A DNA stretch of 32,000 bases from Thermodesulfobacteriota bacterium. GTDB taxonomy: Bacteria > Desulfobacterota > WTBG01 > JAGOGO01. Position 1 is the stretch's first letter; each line of letters opens with the position of its first letter. The notes under the pieces were generated by a model. The model had not been told where the DNA came from. It made no database searches and saw only the letters and a list, made by a program, of their open reading frames with translations. The position numbers were made by a program, and so were the translations under genes. This document shows, in pieces, positions 30,665-32,000 of this stretch. The stretch is from the NCBI GenBank assembly GCA_026625185.1, contig CP113000.1:2682651-2714650 (forward strand), read 5' to 3'.

Positions 30665-30726
30665 GTCATTCCGGGCCTGACCCGGAATCCAGTATTTTTC
30701 TGGATTCCCGTTTTCGCGGGAATGAC
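30665..30726 (+). repeat. Palindromic REP/MITE-like element, full copy with nested hairpins
   Basis: GTCATTCCGGGCCTGACCCGGAATCCAGTATTTTTCTGGATTCCCGTTTTCGCGGGAATGAC. The outer inverted repeat is GTCATTCC/GGAATGAC (GTCATTCCG vs CGGGAATGAC: one extra G on the right arm). Internal hairpins are ATTCCGGG/CCCGGAAT, GGAATCCAG/CTGGATTCC and CCCG/CGGG. It lies between hom and the aminotransferase gene. Confidence 0.8.
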
Positions 30727-30760
30727 GTGTTATGTTGTATTTAATGACGCTGTATACAGA

Positions 30761-31933
30761 TTAACTTCTCAGCAAATTTCGGATGCCACGAACCGCCTGG
30801 TTTATTCGGTGTTCATTTTCTACCAAAGCAAACCTTACACAGTCATCTCCATGTTCTCCAAAACCGATTCCCGGAGCCACTGCTACTTTAGCCTTATCCA
30901 AAAGAAGCTTGGAAAACTCAAAAGAACCCATCTTGCGAAACCTTTCAGGAATCTGAGCCCAAACAAACATGGTCGCCTTTGGTTTTTCCAGTTCCCAACC
31001 TGCGCGGTTTAAACCATTAACAAGCTGATCTCTTCTTTTCTGATACGTAGATACAATCTCCTTGACATGCTTTGGACTGCCGTTGAGAGCAATAATAGAA
31101 GCGATTTGAATCGGTTGAAAGATCCCATAATCAAAGTAGCTTTTTAACCGTGCCAAAGAGCCAATGATATTTTCATTGCCAACCACAAATCCTACTCTCC
31201 ATCCCGGCATATTGTAACTTTTTGAAAGGGTGAAAAGTTCAACCCCAACCTCACGGGATCCTTTTGCCTGTAAAAAGCTGGGAGCTTCATAACCGTCAAA
31301 AACTAAATCAGCATACGCGAAATCGTGGATTACGATCAGGTTATTTTCTTGGGCAAAATCCACCACCTTTTTAAAAAACTCACTATCAACCACCATAGTC
31401 GTTGGATTGTGGGGAAAAGAAAGGATGAGGATTTTAGGCTTGGGCCAAGACCTTTTTGTGGCTTCAACCAATTCTTCAAAAAATTCCTCCGGACTTCTCA
31501 TGGGGAGGTTAATTAAATCGCCTCCTGCAATAATAACCGAATAAGCATGAATAGGGTAGGTGGGGTTCGGAACCAGCACCGTGGTTCCGGGCGTCACCAT
31601 AGTCAAAATGAGGTGGGATAATCCCTCTTTACTCCCTATGGTTACCACGGCTTCTTTATCAGCGTTCAAATCGACATTAAATCTTCGTTTATACCAATCA
31701 CAGATCGCAAGCCTGAGCTTATAGATGCCCCGCGAAGCTGAATAACGATGATTACGAGGATTGATAGTTGCTTTGTTCATTTTTTCGACAATATGGGGTG
31801 GGGTTGGGAGATCCGGATTACCCATTCCCAAATCAATGACATCATCACCACGTTTGCGAGCTTGATGTTTTAATTCATTGACCGCTCCCAGGACATAGGG
31901 AGGCAAACGTTTAATTCGGGGGAACTCTTCCAT
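30761..31933 (-). CDS. Class I/II PLP-dependent aminotransferase (alanine/aspartate transaminase-like)
   Basis: 390 aa. It has [19 protein letters not shown] and the PLP lysine motif [14 protein letters not shown]. It is the first gene of the aminotransferase-hom-apgM-like cluster. Confidence 0.85.
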   Translation of the reverse strand: MEEFPRIKRLPPYVLGAVNELKHQARKRGDDVIDLGMGNPDLPTPPHIVEKMNKATINPRNHRYSASRGIYKLRLAICDWYKRRFNVDLNADKEAVVTIGSKEGLSHLILTMVTPGTTVLVPNPTYPIHAYSVIIAGGDLINLPMRSPEEFFEELVEATKRSWPKPKILILSFPHNPTTMVVDSEFFKKVVDFAQENNLIVIHDFAYADLVFDGYEAPSFLQAKGSREVGVELFTLSKSYNMPGWRVGFVVGNENIIGSLARLKSYFDYGIFQPIQIASIIALNGSPKHVKEIVSTYQKRRDQLVNGLNRAGWELEKPKATMFVWAQIPERFRKMGSFEFSKLLLDKAKVAVAPGIGFGEHGDDCVRFALVENEHRINQAVRGIRNLLRS

Positions 31934-32000
31934 TAAAAAATCCTTATTATAAAGTTACTAATTTTATGTTACTGAATAAAAAAACCATTATGAAAAACAT

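Overview
Bacterial chromosomal window with a low-GC backbone. Hand counts of single 60-nt lines give 21-24 G+C out of 60 in ligA and rmlB. The backbone carries ordinary housekeeping operons. On the + strand: htrA-eno, a cupin, archaeal-type NAPRT, pcm, an NTP-transferase/zinc-PLC-like/ligA trio, and rmlA-C-B-D. On the - strand: PPi-dependent phosphofructokinase and an aminotransferase-hom-apgM-like threonine cluster. A second aminotransferase, missing from the ORF track, runs off the left edge. The accessory part lies between about 13.5 and 27.9 kb. It holds small palindromic REP/MITE-like elements, a higher-GC PLP-decarboxylase split by one in-frame TGA at a conserved Trp codon, a decayed integrase fragment and an IS5-type transposase fragment. 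It also holds a signal-peptide-bearing superoxide-reductase-like protein, an Slp-family lipoprotein with an extreme Tyr/Trp/Pro then His/Gly tail, and a heavily pseudogenised IS256-family element with recognisable terminal inverted repeats. Directly after that IS sits the most interesting locus, a higher-GC operon (32-35 of 60 in spot counts). In it a full-length bacterial AspRS carries an in-frame C-terminal GatC domain. It is followed by a shortened GatA-like protein with altered amidase-signature catalytic motifs, then an apparently complete GatB. An initiator tRNA-Met with its own terminator follows the operon. I read this as a possibly covalently tethered, glutaminase-deficient transamidosome acquired horizontally. 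All functional calls rest on by-eye motif recognition and recalled family knowledge, with no searches run. Taxon cannot be assigned from this window.
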